Shown: positions 35,301-46,800 of the stretch, piece by piece
Layout: every line of letters starts with the position of its first letter
Numbering within the stretch: the stretch's first letter is position 1
NCBI GenBank assembly: GCA_002269645.1
Contig: NIVC01000027.1
Span: forward strand, 496,001-560,000
DNA from: Macrostomum lignano
Taxonomy: Eukaryota
Direction: 5' to 3'
Length of the DNA stretch: 64,000 bases
The notes under the pieces: generated by a model
What the model was told of the DNA's origin: nothing
Databases searched by the model: none
What the model saw: the letters and a program-made list of their open reading frames with translations, nothing else
Position numbers and translations under genes: made by a program

Positions 35301-35899
35301 TATTTTAAGACATTCTATATAAAAGACTTTTTTAGGAAACTCTACTCATGAAAACCAAATGACCTTTTTAGGAAGAATTTTTTGGCATACATTTTAGGAA
35401 TTTTTTTGTTTTTGGTGTACACTGGCACACATTTAGCTGAGTTAGGATTCTTGTTCTGGAGTTTACTACTATACAATCCGGACCCTGCCTGGGGTTTAAA
35501 ATCTTTTTATCCATTGAAATATCTGTCAAAGTAGTCAAAAATGTAGTAAAAAAAAATCTGTTGCCAATATAGCTGCCAATATTAACAATATAGCTGTTAT
35601 TTAAGTGAAACTTTCTAATTTTGTTGTCAATAAAATACTTTAAGACTATAATAAGATATAGAAATGTAAAGAGATTGATTTTTAGGAAAAAGTGTTTTAA
35701 AATTTGGATCCCCTTGATAAATAAATGGGTTTAGATTTGCTGCAGTGGTATGCCTATATTAATATTAGATTTTTACTCAAATCACAGGAAGACCATATTA
35801 GCATTATGATAATCAATTTAGATTAGACCAAAGGGACTAAAGTATAGTTATATAGGGCCTAAGAAGGCCAGAATATTACTCACCGTTGTTTCCAGCCAT
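23347..35899 (-). CDS. UBE2V: Ubiquitin-conjugating enzyme E2 variant (UEV1/MMS2), 3 coding exons, 142 aa
   Basis: Exon 1 35884-35899 (ATG GCT GGA AAC AAC G|GTGAGTA), exon 2 24304-24512 (ataccag|TT GAA GTG..YPEQ|GTGAGA), exon 3 23347-23550 (gactag|PPTVRF). 16+209+204 = 429 nt, in frame: [76 protein letters not shown]. Exon 1 is inferred from phase, donor strength and length. Confidence 0.9.
23613..24244. repeat. 30-bp minisatellite, about 21 copies, filling UBE2V intron 2
   Basis: Unit gatattcgaactctgaattacctgagtact; one unit lacks 7 nt near 23750. Confidence 0.95.
26988..27895 (+). repeat. Left subterminal array of the nested element (ggcccgctggtt / ggcccgttctaaacc modules)
   Basis: GGCCCG-cored modules; inverted relative to the right array. 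Confidence 0.92.
28303..30238 (+). CDS. BEN-domain protein, BEND5/6-like architecture (small beta domain, coiled coil, BEN), with an apparent 1-nt frameshift near 28745
   Basis: Acidic frame 28303-28749 after a ttttcag acceptor ends GAC GCT CCC TAA; removing one C gives DAPKAHD and continues into the 28511-30238 frame. C-terminus [63 protein letters not shown] fits the BEN pattern. Heptad coiled coil [18 protein letters not shown]. Confidence 0.7.
30571..31690 (-). repeat. Right subterminal array of the nested element (aaccagcgggcc / ggtttagaacgggcc modules)
   Basis: Reverse complement of the left-array modules; source of the repetitive ORFs 30530-31156 and 30568-31140. Confidence 0.92.
33029..33064. 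other. Perfect hairpin: 16-bp stem, 4-nt loop
   Basis: tggatctgtcaccaaa-cctt-tttggtgacagatcca. Confidence 0.85.
33844..34020 (+). mobile_element. Solo Tc1/mariner-like left end
   Basis: TA|CAAGGGGTGTCCCAAAAGTT resembles the TIR of the neighbouring mariner (CAAGGGATACTCTAAAAGTT); partner end not seen. Confidence 0.4.
34419..34783 (+). mobile_element. tRNA-derived SINE, copy 1
   Basis: Head GGGGGCGTAGCCCAGCGGTAG with A-box TAGCCCAGCGG (34427-37), B-box-like GGCTCGATTCC (34470-80), and A-rich tail ctctaataaaaaaataata. Confidence 0.85.
34892..35255 (-). mobile_element. tRNA-derived SINE, copy 2, with a 16-bp TSD
   Basis: Full-length reverse-complement homologue of copy 1; taggtttaatttattt duplicated at 34876-34891 and 35256-35271. 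Confidence 0.9.
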
Positions 35900-36293
35900 A
35901 CTAATTAGTACAGAAACCTTGATTTGCGTGCGTTAGAGCTCAGATATCGAACAGCTGTCACAAATTGTTGCTAAGCTAATAACGAAAGAGCTGAAAATGT
36001 GGGGACTTGAGGATCTATTTCTTTGAAAAGGTTTAAAAAAATTATTTACTTTTGCAACTAGAGCATTAAAACCTATTGTTTTTTTAAAATAAATGTTACC
36101 TATGCGCAAAATATAAACTCAAAAGGTATATTAAACTAGCTGAAAGCAACTTTGATTTACTTCAATGACTCCGGATTAAATTTGCGAGGTTGATAATTGT
36201 CAACTGTTTTCTGTGGCTGAAAACTATTTTTTTAAGTTGAGCTTGCAAAACGATTAAAAATAGTGATGATAAAGGCAAGCCAAAATGTTATTC

Positions 36294-36602
36294 AAGATGA
36301 AATGTTCACAGTATAGAATCGACTAAGAGATTTTACAAGCGTAGATAACATTTTCCATAGATGCACTAAATAATCCGATAAAATTTAACTGCTATTAATT
36401 AAAGATGAAATGTTCACAGTATAGAATCGACTAAGAGATCTTACAAGCGTAGATAACATTTTCCATAGATGCACTAAATAATCCGATAAAATTTAACTGC
36501 TATTAATTAAAGATGAAATGTTCACGGTATAGAATCGACTAAGAGATCTTACATGTAAATGAAATTTTCCATCGATGCACTAAATAATTCAATAAAATTT
36601 AA
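36294..36602. repeat. 108-bp tandem repeat, about 2.8 copies
   Basis: aagatgaaatgttcac at 36294, 36402 and 36510. Confidence 0.9.
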
Positions 36603-37497
36603 TGCTCAACTAAAAGGACCACTGAAGTCACTTCGTTAAACTTCTACTTAAGTTGTCCTTGCTCAACTATCGGTGGAGTTTCAGCTAAAGCTCACGGACA
36701 AACAGCTGAAGCCACGCATCGCAGCCCTCGCTGGTGGAAGGACCACTGGAGCTAGCTCTTTCATGGGGAGTGTGCAGGCCAGATTGTACAGCAGGAGGGC
36801 ATCCTAGAGGAAGTTTGCAATCCGCTCCTCCACCTCCTTCGTGCTGAACTTAATTATACTTGGCCTTTCGAATTTAGAACCACGAGGTTACTCTTAACTC
36901 GTGTGATTCACAGCATTAAACTAGTCAAAACGATTTGCAAGAAAAAACTAAAGGGCATCAAGCAAAGTAAAAATCAACTCAATTCACTCGAATTGCTTGA
37001 ACTTTTTAAGAGTCGATCTCCATGAGTAATTTTGCCTCATCAAAGGAGCGCCTGCAGGATTGTGGTGAGCATTTAAAGTCCTCTCCCTCGTTGTTTATAT
37101 TTCAAGGACCATGTGTACAGTGATCCTTGGTTATAAGTCTCTCTACGCGAGTGCTAAGCCGGTGAATAAACAGTAGGCCCAGCCCACTGCGTAGGTCTCT
37201 AATTTTGCCATCTTTGTTTGAGTAAGTCTGGCCTTGGCCGGGGTAGACATGTACCTTTTATCTGGGCCGTGGAGCAATCTGATTGGCTGGGCCTATCCCT
37301 CCCTCGCGCTGGTTGGGGGGACGGCTTGCCTCTCTAAGCCGTGTGGTCGCTGTCTGCCCCACCCCGCTCCGCCTGTCATTCGGATATTTACATTATTTGC
37401 AGAGAGCCCTGCAGAGGTTGTTTTGTTCTATAACTTTTCGCCCCGCCTCTCGACTTGCGGAAACGCGCCCGGCCATTTCACTCTGTGAACCTGCTCT

Positions 37498-37866
37498 GCG
37501 ACTCATTGCGTCTACAACCCTCTGCGTGCCCTGCGACTCATTGCGTCTACTCTCCTCTGCGTGCCCTGCGACTCATTGCGTCTACTCTCCTCTGCGTGCC
37601 CTGCGACTCATTGCGTCTACTCTCCTCTGCGTGCCCTGCGACTCATTGCGTCTACTCTCCTCTGCGTGCCCTGCGACTCATTGCGTCTACTCTCCTCTGC
37701 GTGCCCTGCGACTCATTGCGTCTACTCTCCTCTGCGTGCCCTGCGACTCATTGCGTCTACTCTCCTCTGCGTGCCCTGCGACTCATTGCGTCTACTCTTC
37801 TCTGCGTGCCCTGCGACTCATTGCGTCTACTCTCCTCTGCGTGCCCTGCGACTCATTGCGTCTACC
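37498..37866. repeat. 35-bp minisatellite (gcgactcattgcgtctactctcctctgcgtgccct), about 10.5 copies
   Basis: gcgactc at 37498, 37533, 37568 and onward. Confidence 0.95.
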
Positions 37867-38384
37867 CTGCGATTCTGCTCCGTGCTCTCCTGGTGACTGC
37901 GCTGCACTGATGGCGACATCGACTGTTGACATGCTGAAATCCGCGGCCCCCCAAGCGAAACGGCCAGCATAGAGCGGCTTGAGCACCCTGTCTAGGGCAT
38001 CATGAGCGGCAGCACCAGTCGCAGTTACAGAAATGCAGCAGATCGATTTTCCTTTATATCAATAATGCGAGTGCAGACCATGCAGTTGCCGGCCAGTTGA
38101 TGCCAGCAGTGCTGCGAGCCTTTTAGGTTGAAGGGACAGTTCGACCTGCTAGACTAACCAGTTTTTATTGGCAGTTGTTTGTATAGCACGTAAATTGTAT
38201 TGCTTTCAAAGATTTTTAGGACTCAAAAAAGTGCTTTAATCATTGCTTTTTTACTCGAATCCATTCACTAGAAGCATGAAAATAGTTCGCACAAATCGAT
38301 AGGTAATCAATATAGTCAATAATCTTTATGGGTTATCGTAGAATCTCAGAAAGTCACCGCGGCAAGCCACCCCAGACAGCCTAG

Positions 38385-40599
38385 CTAAACACAGTTGAAA
38401 GCACTGGATCCGTGCTTATTCCTCACGTAGACAATGCTGTCAATAACCTGGCCGCCTTTGTCAACAGACACCTGCTCCAGCATCAGGTGAGTGGCATTCG
38501 CCACTGTCATCCGCGTGTAGCCGTAGTCGTCGCTGCGGAAGGCGGACCAGGGCAGGCCGGCCGGGATGAACGGGTCCTCGCCCTCCACGCAACCAGCCGA
38601 GCCGGTGATCACGTGAACTGGCGCCGGCGGATTATCGTAGGGATTATCCGAGCTGGTGGTTGAGTTGCACACCTTCTGATTGTAGACAGGCCACATTCGC
38701 TCGTAGGAGTGCTCGTGCGCGCCGAAAATCAGATCGACGCCGTACCTGTAGAACAGCTGCTCCACTCCCAGGATGTAGTCGCTGCCGAAAATACGACTCC
38801 GCTGCTTGCTGCCCACTGGAAATCCGGTTCGAATCAGGTTGTCCGCATTCGTGCAGTGCTGGGGATCGTCGCTGTTTGAGCAGTACATCGGCCGGTGGGC
38901 CATGGCGATGATCCACGGCCGGTTGGCTCGATTCTGATTGGCCCGCTGCAGATCCTCTTCCAGCCACTGGAACTGGTAGACTGCCTGCTTCCAGCCGTAG
39001 TCCAAGTAGTAGTAGAACTCCGAGCTGAATGAGATCTGCGGAGATAAGTTTTGTGTTACGATTATGTGTTGCCAGCGGCCCAAGCTCAATTCAGTCACAA
39101 TAATTTGTGGCTAAATTAAAATCTCTCGGCTTTACTATGCTCGTGCAAATATCGTCCTTGAGGGCCCAATTCCCCCAAGGCACAGTGAAGTGTACATGCC
39201 TAACGATAAATAAAGTTAGGGCTGCTGTACACTACTGTGTGAGTGTGTGCCTGTGTGTATGACTGCGTACGTATCCACGCGAGCTTGTGTGCCTGCTCAG
39301 GGGAGTCGGCGGAATGAGCAGTAAAAGGCTCGTTCACACTGCCATCAAATGAGACCAAATTCGTGTGATCACACCATTTGTACATCCAATTTGATTCGTT
39401 TGTACATTGGTGGTGTGATTTAGTGGCTCGTTAGCATCTATCTAACAGTTATCACCTTGTATAACACGCAACACATTCTCTTTCTAAACAGGGGACGTGA
39501 GATATTGTACGCCAGCATATCGAACAAGCAAGGTGACACTATTTATTGGTCTGAAAGATGAATCTGATTAAGATAATACTCGTCATAGTGTTACAGGCGC
39601 TAGAGTGTCACACACATGAAGAACCGTACCATAAGAGTATTTCATCAAGCACCTAGAAATAGCTAGAATTCAAGCCCCTGATTAAAATATTGTACTTTAA
39701 CACCTGACACCTGATCGAGGATGGCTTTTAGCCGGCTTTAAGACATGGACCTCATGAATCAACCAACAAGGTGAAGTCGACGATTATATAATCTTAAATC
39801 CATACCATAATCAAGCAAGCTAAGCTTTAAACCGACTATGGTCAAATGTCAAAGGTCAAAGGTCAAAGGTCAGAGGTCACGCACATGCACTCACCACATG
39901 CACGGGTCCATAGTCGAAGCTAAAAAAGCTGCCTTCCCCATCGCCGCCAGGCATGGAGAATCTTCGCCGATAGTTGCTGAAATTGTAGGCACTCTCGTGA
40001 TTGCCCGGACAGGTCATGTACGGCACGTACGCCGCAATGGGCTCCACCTGACGCATGAACTCATCACCAACCAGGGCATTGTTGGTGTCCATGTTGTAGG
40101 CGAAATCGCCAACGTGTAGCACCATGTCGAAGTCGCCGGATTGCGCCTCCTTCTGCAGGAAGGGAATCGACTTGCCGTTCGTGTTGCCCATGTCGCCATA
40201 GACAGCGAATCTGGCTGGCCAGTCGGAGCCAGACTTTGTAGCCGTGAACAGGAACACGTCCGACCAGCCCAGCTCGCTGCCCACCCGGTACACGTACCGC
40301 TGTCCAGGCCTCAGACCGGACATCACGGCTCGGTGGATGTAGATCACCCGCTTCGCCGAACCACCGTCGACAAATTTCTCTTGGACGCCAGAGGCGGATC
40401 TGTCGAATCTGTTGGTGCCGTAGTCTACGGAGGTACTGTTAGTGGGAGACTGGGTCACCCAGGTGACCACCATCTGGGTGGGGTCATTGGTGACAGACAG
40501 GTGCACCTGCTCCGGCTGAGGTGACAGTTGGCCCGTGGTCAAACTGATGGCTAGGCCAAGCAGCAGCAACAGACGCTGGGAAATTGCTCTAACAAGCAT
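38385..40599 (-). CDS. ACP7: Secreted purple acid phosphatase (ACP7-like), 2 exons, 451 aa
   Basis: Exon 1 39895-40599, exon 2 38385-39035, phase-0 intron 39036-39894 (GTGAGT..CCGCAG). Signal peptide; PEQVHLS..MVVTWVT (FN3-like N-domain); metal-ligand motifs GDMG, GDFAY, GNHE, MAHRPMY, GAHEHSYER; PVHVITGSAG. AATAAA at 38164-69 (minus). Confidence 0.95.
39156..39330 (+). mobile_element. Internal fragment of the same SINE family in the ACP7 intron
   Basis: cccccaaggcacagtgaagtgtacatgcctaa..gcctgctcaggggagtcggcggaatg matches 34560-34700. Confidence 0.85.
39853..39879 (+). promoter_or_regulatory. Four AGGTCA half-sites in DR1 spacing (candidate nuclear-receptor element)
   Basis: AGGTCA-a-AGGTCA-a-AGGTCA-g-AGGTCA, 15 nt inside the ACP7 intron donor. 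Confidence 0.35.
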
Positions 40600-41200
40600 T
40601 GATGTTGCTTTCGGCAGCCTTGTATATTCTGAATTTGAAACTGCTGCTCTACCGAGACTGAGAAATCAAGTCAGCTTACAGTATAGAGCAGCAACAAAAT
40701 TTTATGCAGTTGCCAGTTCCAAATTCTTACAAGTTCGAATAAAGGTCGATACGGTTGGTGCACACTCGCGCTGATATTCACGAGTACACACAGGGCAGTA
40801 CTAAATGGAAAGAGAGACAGAGGTCGCGACTTGCCTGTCACTAGCGATAATCAAGTCATGTGATCACACTGGCCTGTGCGAGCTACTTGTTAAACACAGG
40901 CTAATCGCTCTGCAGCAAGTGAACGCCGCCCAGTCGTCTAACACCAGCTACAATACAATCTCGCACACAGATCTTAATAAGTTCAACGTCTACTGCTGAT
41001 TGTTGGTGCAAAATCTCATGACAGTTAAATATTTAGTTTCGTTCAAGAACACCCAAATTTATACATATGACCAGGGCAGGGACAACTCGTTCAAAACAAT
41101 GACTATGACCAGTAAAGTAAAATAGGAACATCTCATTAAGACAAGGACACTTAAATCAAGACAGGGACATCTAAATAAAGACGGGGACGTTTAAATCGGC

Positions 41201-41504
41201 GCTTTCAGTAGTACGACGTATTCCAAGTTTTCTTCCAATTCTTTTTTCGCGCACTCCCGGTACTTGTCTGCTGGGTGGTGGCTTGGGTGGACTCGGTCTT
41301 AGCACCGTCCCTGATTCCACTTTTTCGGTTGGCGGTGTCCTAGTCCATAGGTTTGGGTTGGCAGATTCCCCTGGCCCAGACGTCAGGGTCCAATCTCGGG
41401 GTATCTCGGGCTATATGCCCCTGGTAGTGCCCCTCAGCGGCAGAGCCCCTCCCAGGGCTGATCCGCGGGTAGCTCCCGGCTTCCCACCCCCGTTTAACAA
41501 CAAC
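41201..41504 (+). mobile_element. 304-bp insertion with an (AAC)n tail and 8-bp TSD; 5'-truncated non-LTR retroelement or SINE
   Basis: aaatcggc at 41193-41200 and 41505-41512; ends tttaacaacaac; interrupts the degenerate start of the 20-bp array. Confidence 0.75.
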
Positions 41505-41513
41505 AAATCGGCA

Positions 41514-42400
41514 CAGGGACGTCTAATTAGGATATGGACAAATGGATTAAGACAGGGACTCCTAAACCAGGACCAGGACACCTGAATTAATAAAGAGACA
41601 CCTAAATCAGGACAGGGACACCTAAATCAGGACAGGGGCACCTAAATTAATAAAGAGACACCTAAATCAGGACAGGGGCACCTAAATTAAGACAGGGACA
41701 CCTAAATCAGGACAGGGGCACCTAAATTAATAAAGAGACACCTAAATCAGGACAGGGGCACCTAAATTAATGAAGAGACACCTAAATCAGGACAGGGGCA
41801 CCTAAATTAAGAAGGGACACCTAAATCAGGACAGGGGCACCTAAATTAAGACAGGGACACCTAAATCAGGACAGGGGCACCTAAATTAATGAAGAGACAC
41901 CTAAATCAGGACAGGGGCACCTAAATTAATAAAGAGACACCTAAATCAGGACACGGGCACCTAAATTAAGACAGGGACACCTAAATCAGGACAGGGGCAC
42001 CTAAATTAAGACAGGGACACCTAAATCAGGACAGGGGCACCTAAATTAATGAAGAGACACCTAAATCAGGACAGGGGCACCTAAATTAATGAAGAGACAC
42101 CTAAATCAGGACAGGGACACCTAAATTAAGACAGGGACACCTAAATCAGGACAGGGGCACCTAAATTAAGACAGGGACACCTAAATCAGGACAGGGGCAC
42201 CTACATTAAGACAGGGACACCTAAATCAGGACAGGGACACCTAAATCAGGACAGGTACACCTAAATTAATAGACACCTAAATCAGGACAGGGGCACCTAA
42301 ATTAAGACAGAGACACCTAAATCAGGACAGGGGCATTTAAATCAGTACAAAGACATCTACAGCAGAACAGAGACACCTAAACCAGGCCAGGGACACCTAA
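41514..42400. repeat. 20-bp minisatellite with alternating monomers (cacctaaatcaggacagggg / cacctaaattaagacaggga / cacctaaattaataaagaga)
   Basis: Read directly; degenerate units also at 41140-41192. Confidence 0.92.
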
Positions 42401-42896
42401 ATCAAGGGAAGCTTCAAAAAAACCAAAAGACAAAAGTTGGCATCAAGAAAATTTAATCTGTAATGCAGTCAGTTAAAATTGAAATATTTATAAAGTAACC
42501 CAACTTACAATTTGTACTTATACAGAAGAAAATGCAGACTGATGCTATATATATTTTTTAAATTCAATATTTTCTGTTAGGAGACGACATTTAACCTTGT
42601 TGCCACTTGTAGAACAAAATTCTACGCGAAAATTTCTACGCACACTACTAACACAAGCATTACCGTTATGTGAGTAGTATATTAAGCTTGTGGATCAGTT
42701 ATAATAGATAAACAAGAAATAAATACTGTATGCTTGTTTTAAACGACTTTTTATAAGACAGACAGGCTAAAAGTTGCGATGAGTGCGAAACCTACCAGAA
42801 GAAGTAGTAACTAACACATTTTATAGTATTAATTTTATGTATGCAAACTGCCATTGTTGTTCAAACGCGTCGAAATGATAAGAAGAGAGATTAGGA

Positions 42897-43197
42897 AAGG
42901 ACAGATAGAGAGACAGATAGGACAGACAGACAGACAGGCAGAGATAGGCAGAAATACACAGACAGTAACACACACTGAAAGACAGACAGACAGAGACAGG
43001 CAGACCCACACAGAAAGACAGACAGACAGAGACAGGCAGACCCACACAGAAAGACAGACAGACACACACAAGCAGATAGACAGAAAGACAGACACACACA
43101 CACACACACACAGACAGACAGACAGACAGACAGACACTAAGACAGACAGACAGACAGACACTAAGAAAGACAGACAGACAGACAGACAGAGACAGGC

Positions 43198-43250
<53 letters not shown>

Positions 43251-43261
43251 CACAGACACTA

Positions 43262-43296
<35 letters not shown>

Positions 43297-43323
43297 GACA
43301 GGCAGACAGACAGACAGACACTA

Positions 43324-43378
<55 letters not shown>

Positions 43379-43381
43379 GGC

Positions 43382-43430
<49 letters not shown>
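42897..43430. repeat. (GACA)n-dominated microsatellite
   Basis: Read directly. Confidence 0.97.
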
Positions 43431-43820
43431 TGAGTAGAGGCTGCAGGGATAAAACACGGGAACCAATCAATCCCCAGTTCATATGTACAAGCAGCAGAGC
43501 CAAACGGGATCGCGTACGTCACAACCAGTATCTGTTGTGTTGAATGCCGCAATTGCAACAACAAACAAACCTGCTAAAATTGTTTTTAATTTGACTGTTA
43601 AATTAGCTCGTAATAAAAACCAAGCAGACAAAAATCGTGATTAGACATGAGTAATCATGACTGTTAGTTGACATTAGCAACCAGATGTTGTCCTTAGATA
43701 CGGGTTTATAGGTACACACTAATTTAAGAACAAAGAATCGCAGGTTTAAAAAACACAAATGATTTACAAAGTCGGTTTATTAAAACAAAAAGGTAGAGTT
43801 GAGTTCTATCAGAACAGCCA

Positions 43821-46800
43821 TCACTCGGCGATGGACTTGGCCCAGTCAACACCGTCGCTAGGGGGAGGCCGGGAGCTGAGCACCTGGCCATCGCGGTGCA
43901 CCCTGTCTACCTCGGCTCGCTGCTTCTCATCAGCCAGGCTGGTGTAGAAAATCTCATCCAGGCGAGCCTTCATGCCGCGTAGCTCCTCAGATTCCCATGG
44001 CAACTGCTTCACCCGCAGCTGCCCGTCCGCCTCAGAGGGCGTCTCCTCATCCGATGAGGTGTAGTCACGGTTGAGCACAGACTCAAATCGGGTTCGATCG
44101 CCGGCTTCAAGCCCGGGTTTCAGAGTCTCGTAGGCCTTCTGACGTCGGTTCAGTTTCTGGGGATCCGGGTTTGGTAGCCAAGTGAAATTGACTGCCGATA
44201 TGTATCGAAAATATACTTTATTTTGATCCTCGATTGCTAGGATTATTAGTTTAGGATTTGGGAACCTTTTTGGGAGTCGAGAAACATAGAGTTAAAGATT
44301 GGGATTTTAAATCTTTCTATTCGGGACTCAATGGATATTGGGATCTGGGATCTTTCCATTCGGGACTCAAAGGGATATTGGGATCTGAGATCTTTCCATT
44401 CGGGACTCAAGGGGTATTGGGATCTGGGATCTTTCCATTCGCGACTCAAGGGATATTGGGATCTGGGATCTTTCCATTCGGGACTCAAGGGATATTGGGA
44501 TCTGAGATCTTTCCATTCGGGACTCAAGGGATATTGGGATCTGAGATCTTTCCATTCGGGACTCAAGGGATATTGGGATCTGGGATCTTTCCATTCGGGA
44601 CCCAAGGGATATTGGGATCTGGGAAATTTCCATTCGGGACTCAAGGGATACTGGGATCTGGGATCTTTCCATTCGGGACCCAAGGGATATTGGGATCTGG
44701 GATTTAAATTTTCAACCCAAGAATTTCGTCGACTTTTTGAAGGAACTGGTAGAGCCTTGTCCAATAACCTATTTAAAAAGCTTGGTTCCGGGGCTTTTTA
44801 CAAAATAGCATTATAAGCAATTTACACTACTTAATTTTATTTTAAGTAGCATAACAAAAATATTAATTTAAATTTACAAAAATAAGTAAGTAATAAGTAA
44901 TTTTGCACTTACAAACATAACTTTGAACAGGTGATCAAATTTGCCAGTGTCCGGTCGGTGCTTCTCGCGGTGCATCTTGCGCAAGGTGCCCAGATAATAG
45001 AGCTTGGTGTACTTCTCGGCCAGCTCTGCAATTACGGAGTGCCAAAATATACAATAAAAGTTTTCTATAATAAATTTAACCATAATTTAAATAACTAAAC
45101 TCAAGCACTCACTGGTCCACGAGTTCAGATTGGCTGGCGTAAAGTTGGTCATAGTGCGGGCCCTCTCAATCACCATGCGAGCCGCCTCGCGATTCACAGG
45201 CGCCGAGTAGGGCAGAGAGAAGTCAAATACGCTGCTGTTGCTCTCCTCTTTGAGCTCGCGGTAGGCCTTGCGAAGGATGCCCTGAGGAGTAGGGTGGGAG
45301 TAGAGGTGGATTATTGATAGCAGAGTTCCAAGGTGAAAACTGAACAATTGTAATCTTTCAAAGTACAAAAATCCAAGATTATTGGGACCCTGGATCCTTG
45401 ATATTTGGGATCTGGGATCTATGATATTTGGCATCTGGGATCCTTGATTTTTGGGATCTGGGATCTCTGATTTTGGGATCTGGGATCCTTGATTTTTGGG
45501 ATCTGGGATCTCTGATTTTGGGATCTGGGATCTTTGATTTTGGGATCTGGGATCTCTGATTTTGGGAACTGGGATCTCTGATCTTTGGGAACAGGGATCC
45601 TTGATTTTTGGAATCTTATCTGGGATCTTTGATTTTTGGGATCTGGGATCTTTGATTTTTGGGATCTGGGATCCTTGATTTTTGGGATCTGGCATCTTTG
45701 ATTTTTGGGATCTGGGATCCATGATATTTGGAATGTGGGATCATTGATATTTGGAATATAGGATCTTTGATTTTTGGGATCTGATCTGGGATCTTCAATT
45801 TTTGGGATCTGGGATCTCATTTTTGGGATCTGGGATCGCTGATTTTGGAATCTGGGATCTTTGATTTTTGGAATCTGGGATCCTTGATATTTGGGATCCG
45901 AGATCTTCGATTTTTTAGGATCTAGGATCTTTACTTTAGTTTTTAGGATCTGGAATTATAGATTTTGGGATATCAAGGATCTGGGATCTTTGATTTTTTG
46001 GGATCTGGGATCTCTGATTTTTAGGATATGGGATCTCTGATTTTTGGGATCTGGGATTTCTGATTTTTTGGATCTGAGATCTTTGATTTTTGGGGTCTGG
46101 GATCTCTGATTTTTTGGATCTGGTATCTCTGATCTTTGGGAACAGGGATCCTTGATTTTTAGGATCTGGGATCTCTGATTTTTAGGATCTGGGATCTCTG
46201 ATTTTTGGGATCTGGGATCTCTGATTTTTGGGATCTGGGATCTCTGATTTTTAGGATCAGGGATCTCTGATTTTTGGGATCTGGGATCTCTGTTATTGGG
46301 AACTGGGATCTCTGATCTTTGGAATCTGGGATCCTTGATTTTTAGGATCTGGGATCTCTGATATTGGGAACTGGGATCTCTGACCTTTGGGAACAGGGAT
46401 CCTTGATTTTTTGGGTCTGATCTGGGATCTTTGATTTTTGGGATCTGGGATCTTTGATTTTTGGGATCTGGGATCCTTGATTTTTGGGATCTGGCATCTA
46501 TGATATTTGGAATCTGGGATCATTGATATTTGGAATCTGGGATCCTTGATATTTGGGACCCGAGATCTTCGATCTTTTAGGATCTAGGATCTTTACTTTA
46601 GTTTTTAGGATCTGGAATTATAGATTTTGGAATATAAAGGATCTGGGATCTTTGATTTTTGGGATCTGGGATTTCTGATTTTTGGGATCTGGGATCCTTG
46701 ATATTTGGCATCTGGGATCTTTAATATTTGGAATCTGGGATCCCTGATTTTTGACATCTGGGATCGTTGATTTGGTAATTCAATATTAGAATTAAAAAGC

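Noticed and set aside
877-35899. Functional ubiquitin cluster (OTU protease near UBE2V)
   Set aside because: About 20 kb apart with unrelated genes between; eukaryotic adjacency is not evidence of a shared pathway.
36700-36880. DUF4806/BEN-like C-terminal fragment (KFSTKEVEERIANFL*DA, minus strand)
   Set aside because: Too short, bounded by stops, no supporting exons.
37234-37990. Protein-coding ORFs or retroelement 5' end around the 35-bp repeat
   Set aside because: ORFs are repeat-derived; the CCAAT and GC boxes and the 20-codon MATST ORF are not sufficient evidence.
44246-46523. Long ORFs such as PRSQYPLSPEWKD and PDPKNQRSQ repeats
   Set aside because: Stop-free satellite frames inside predicted introns.
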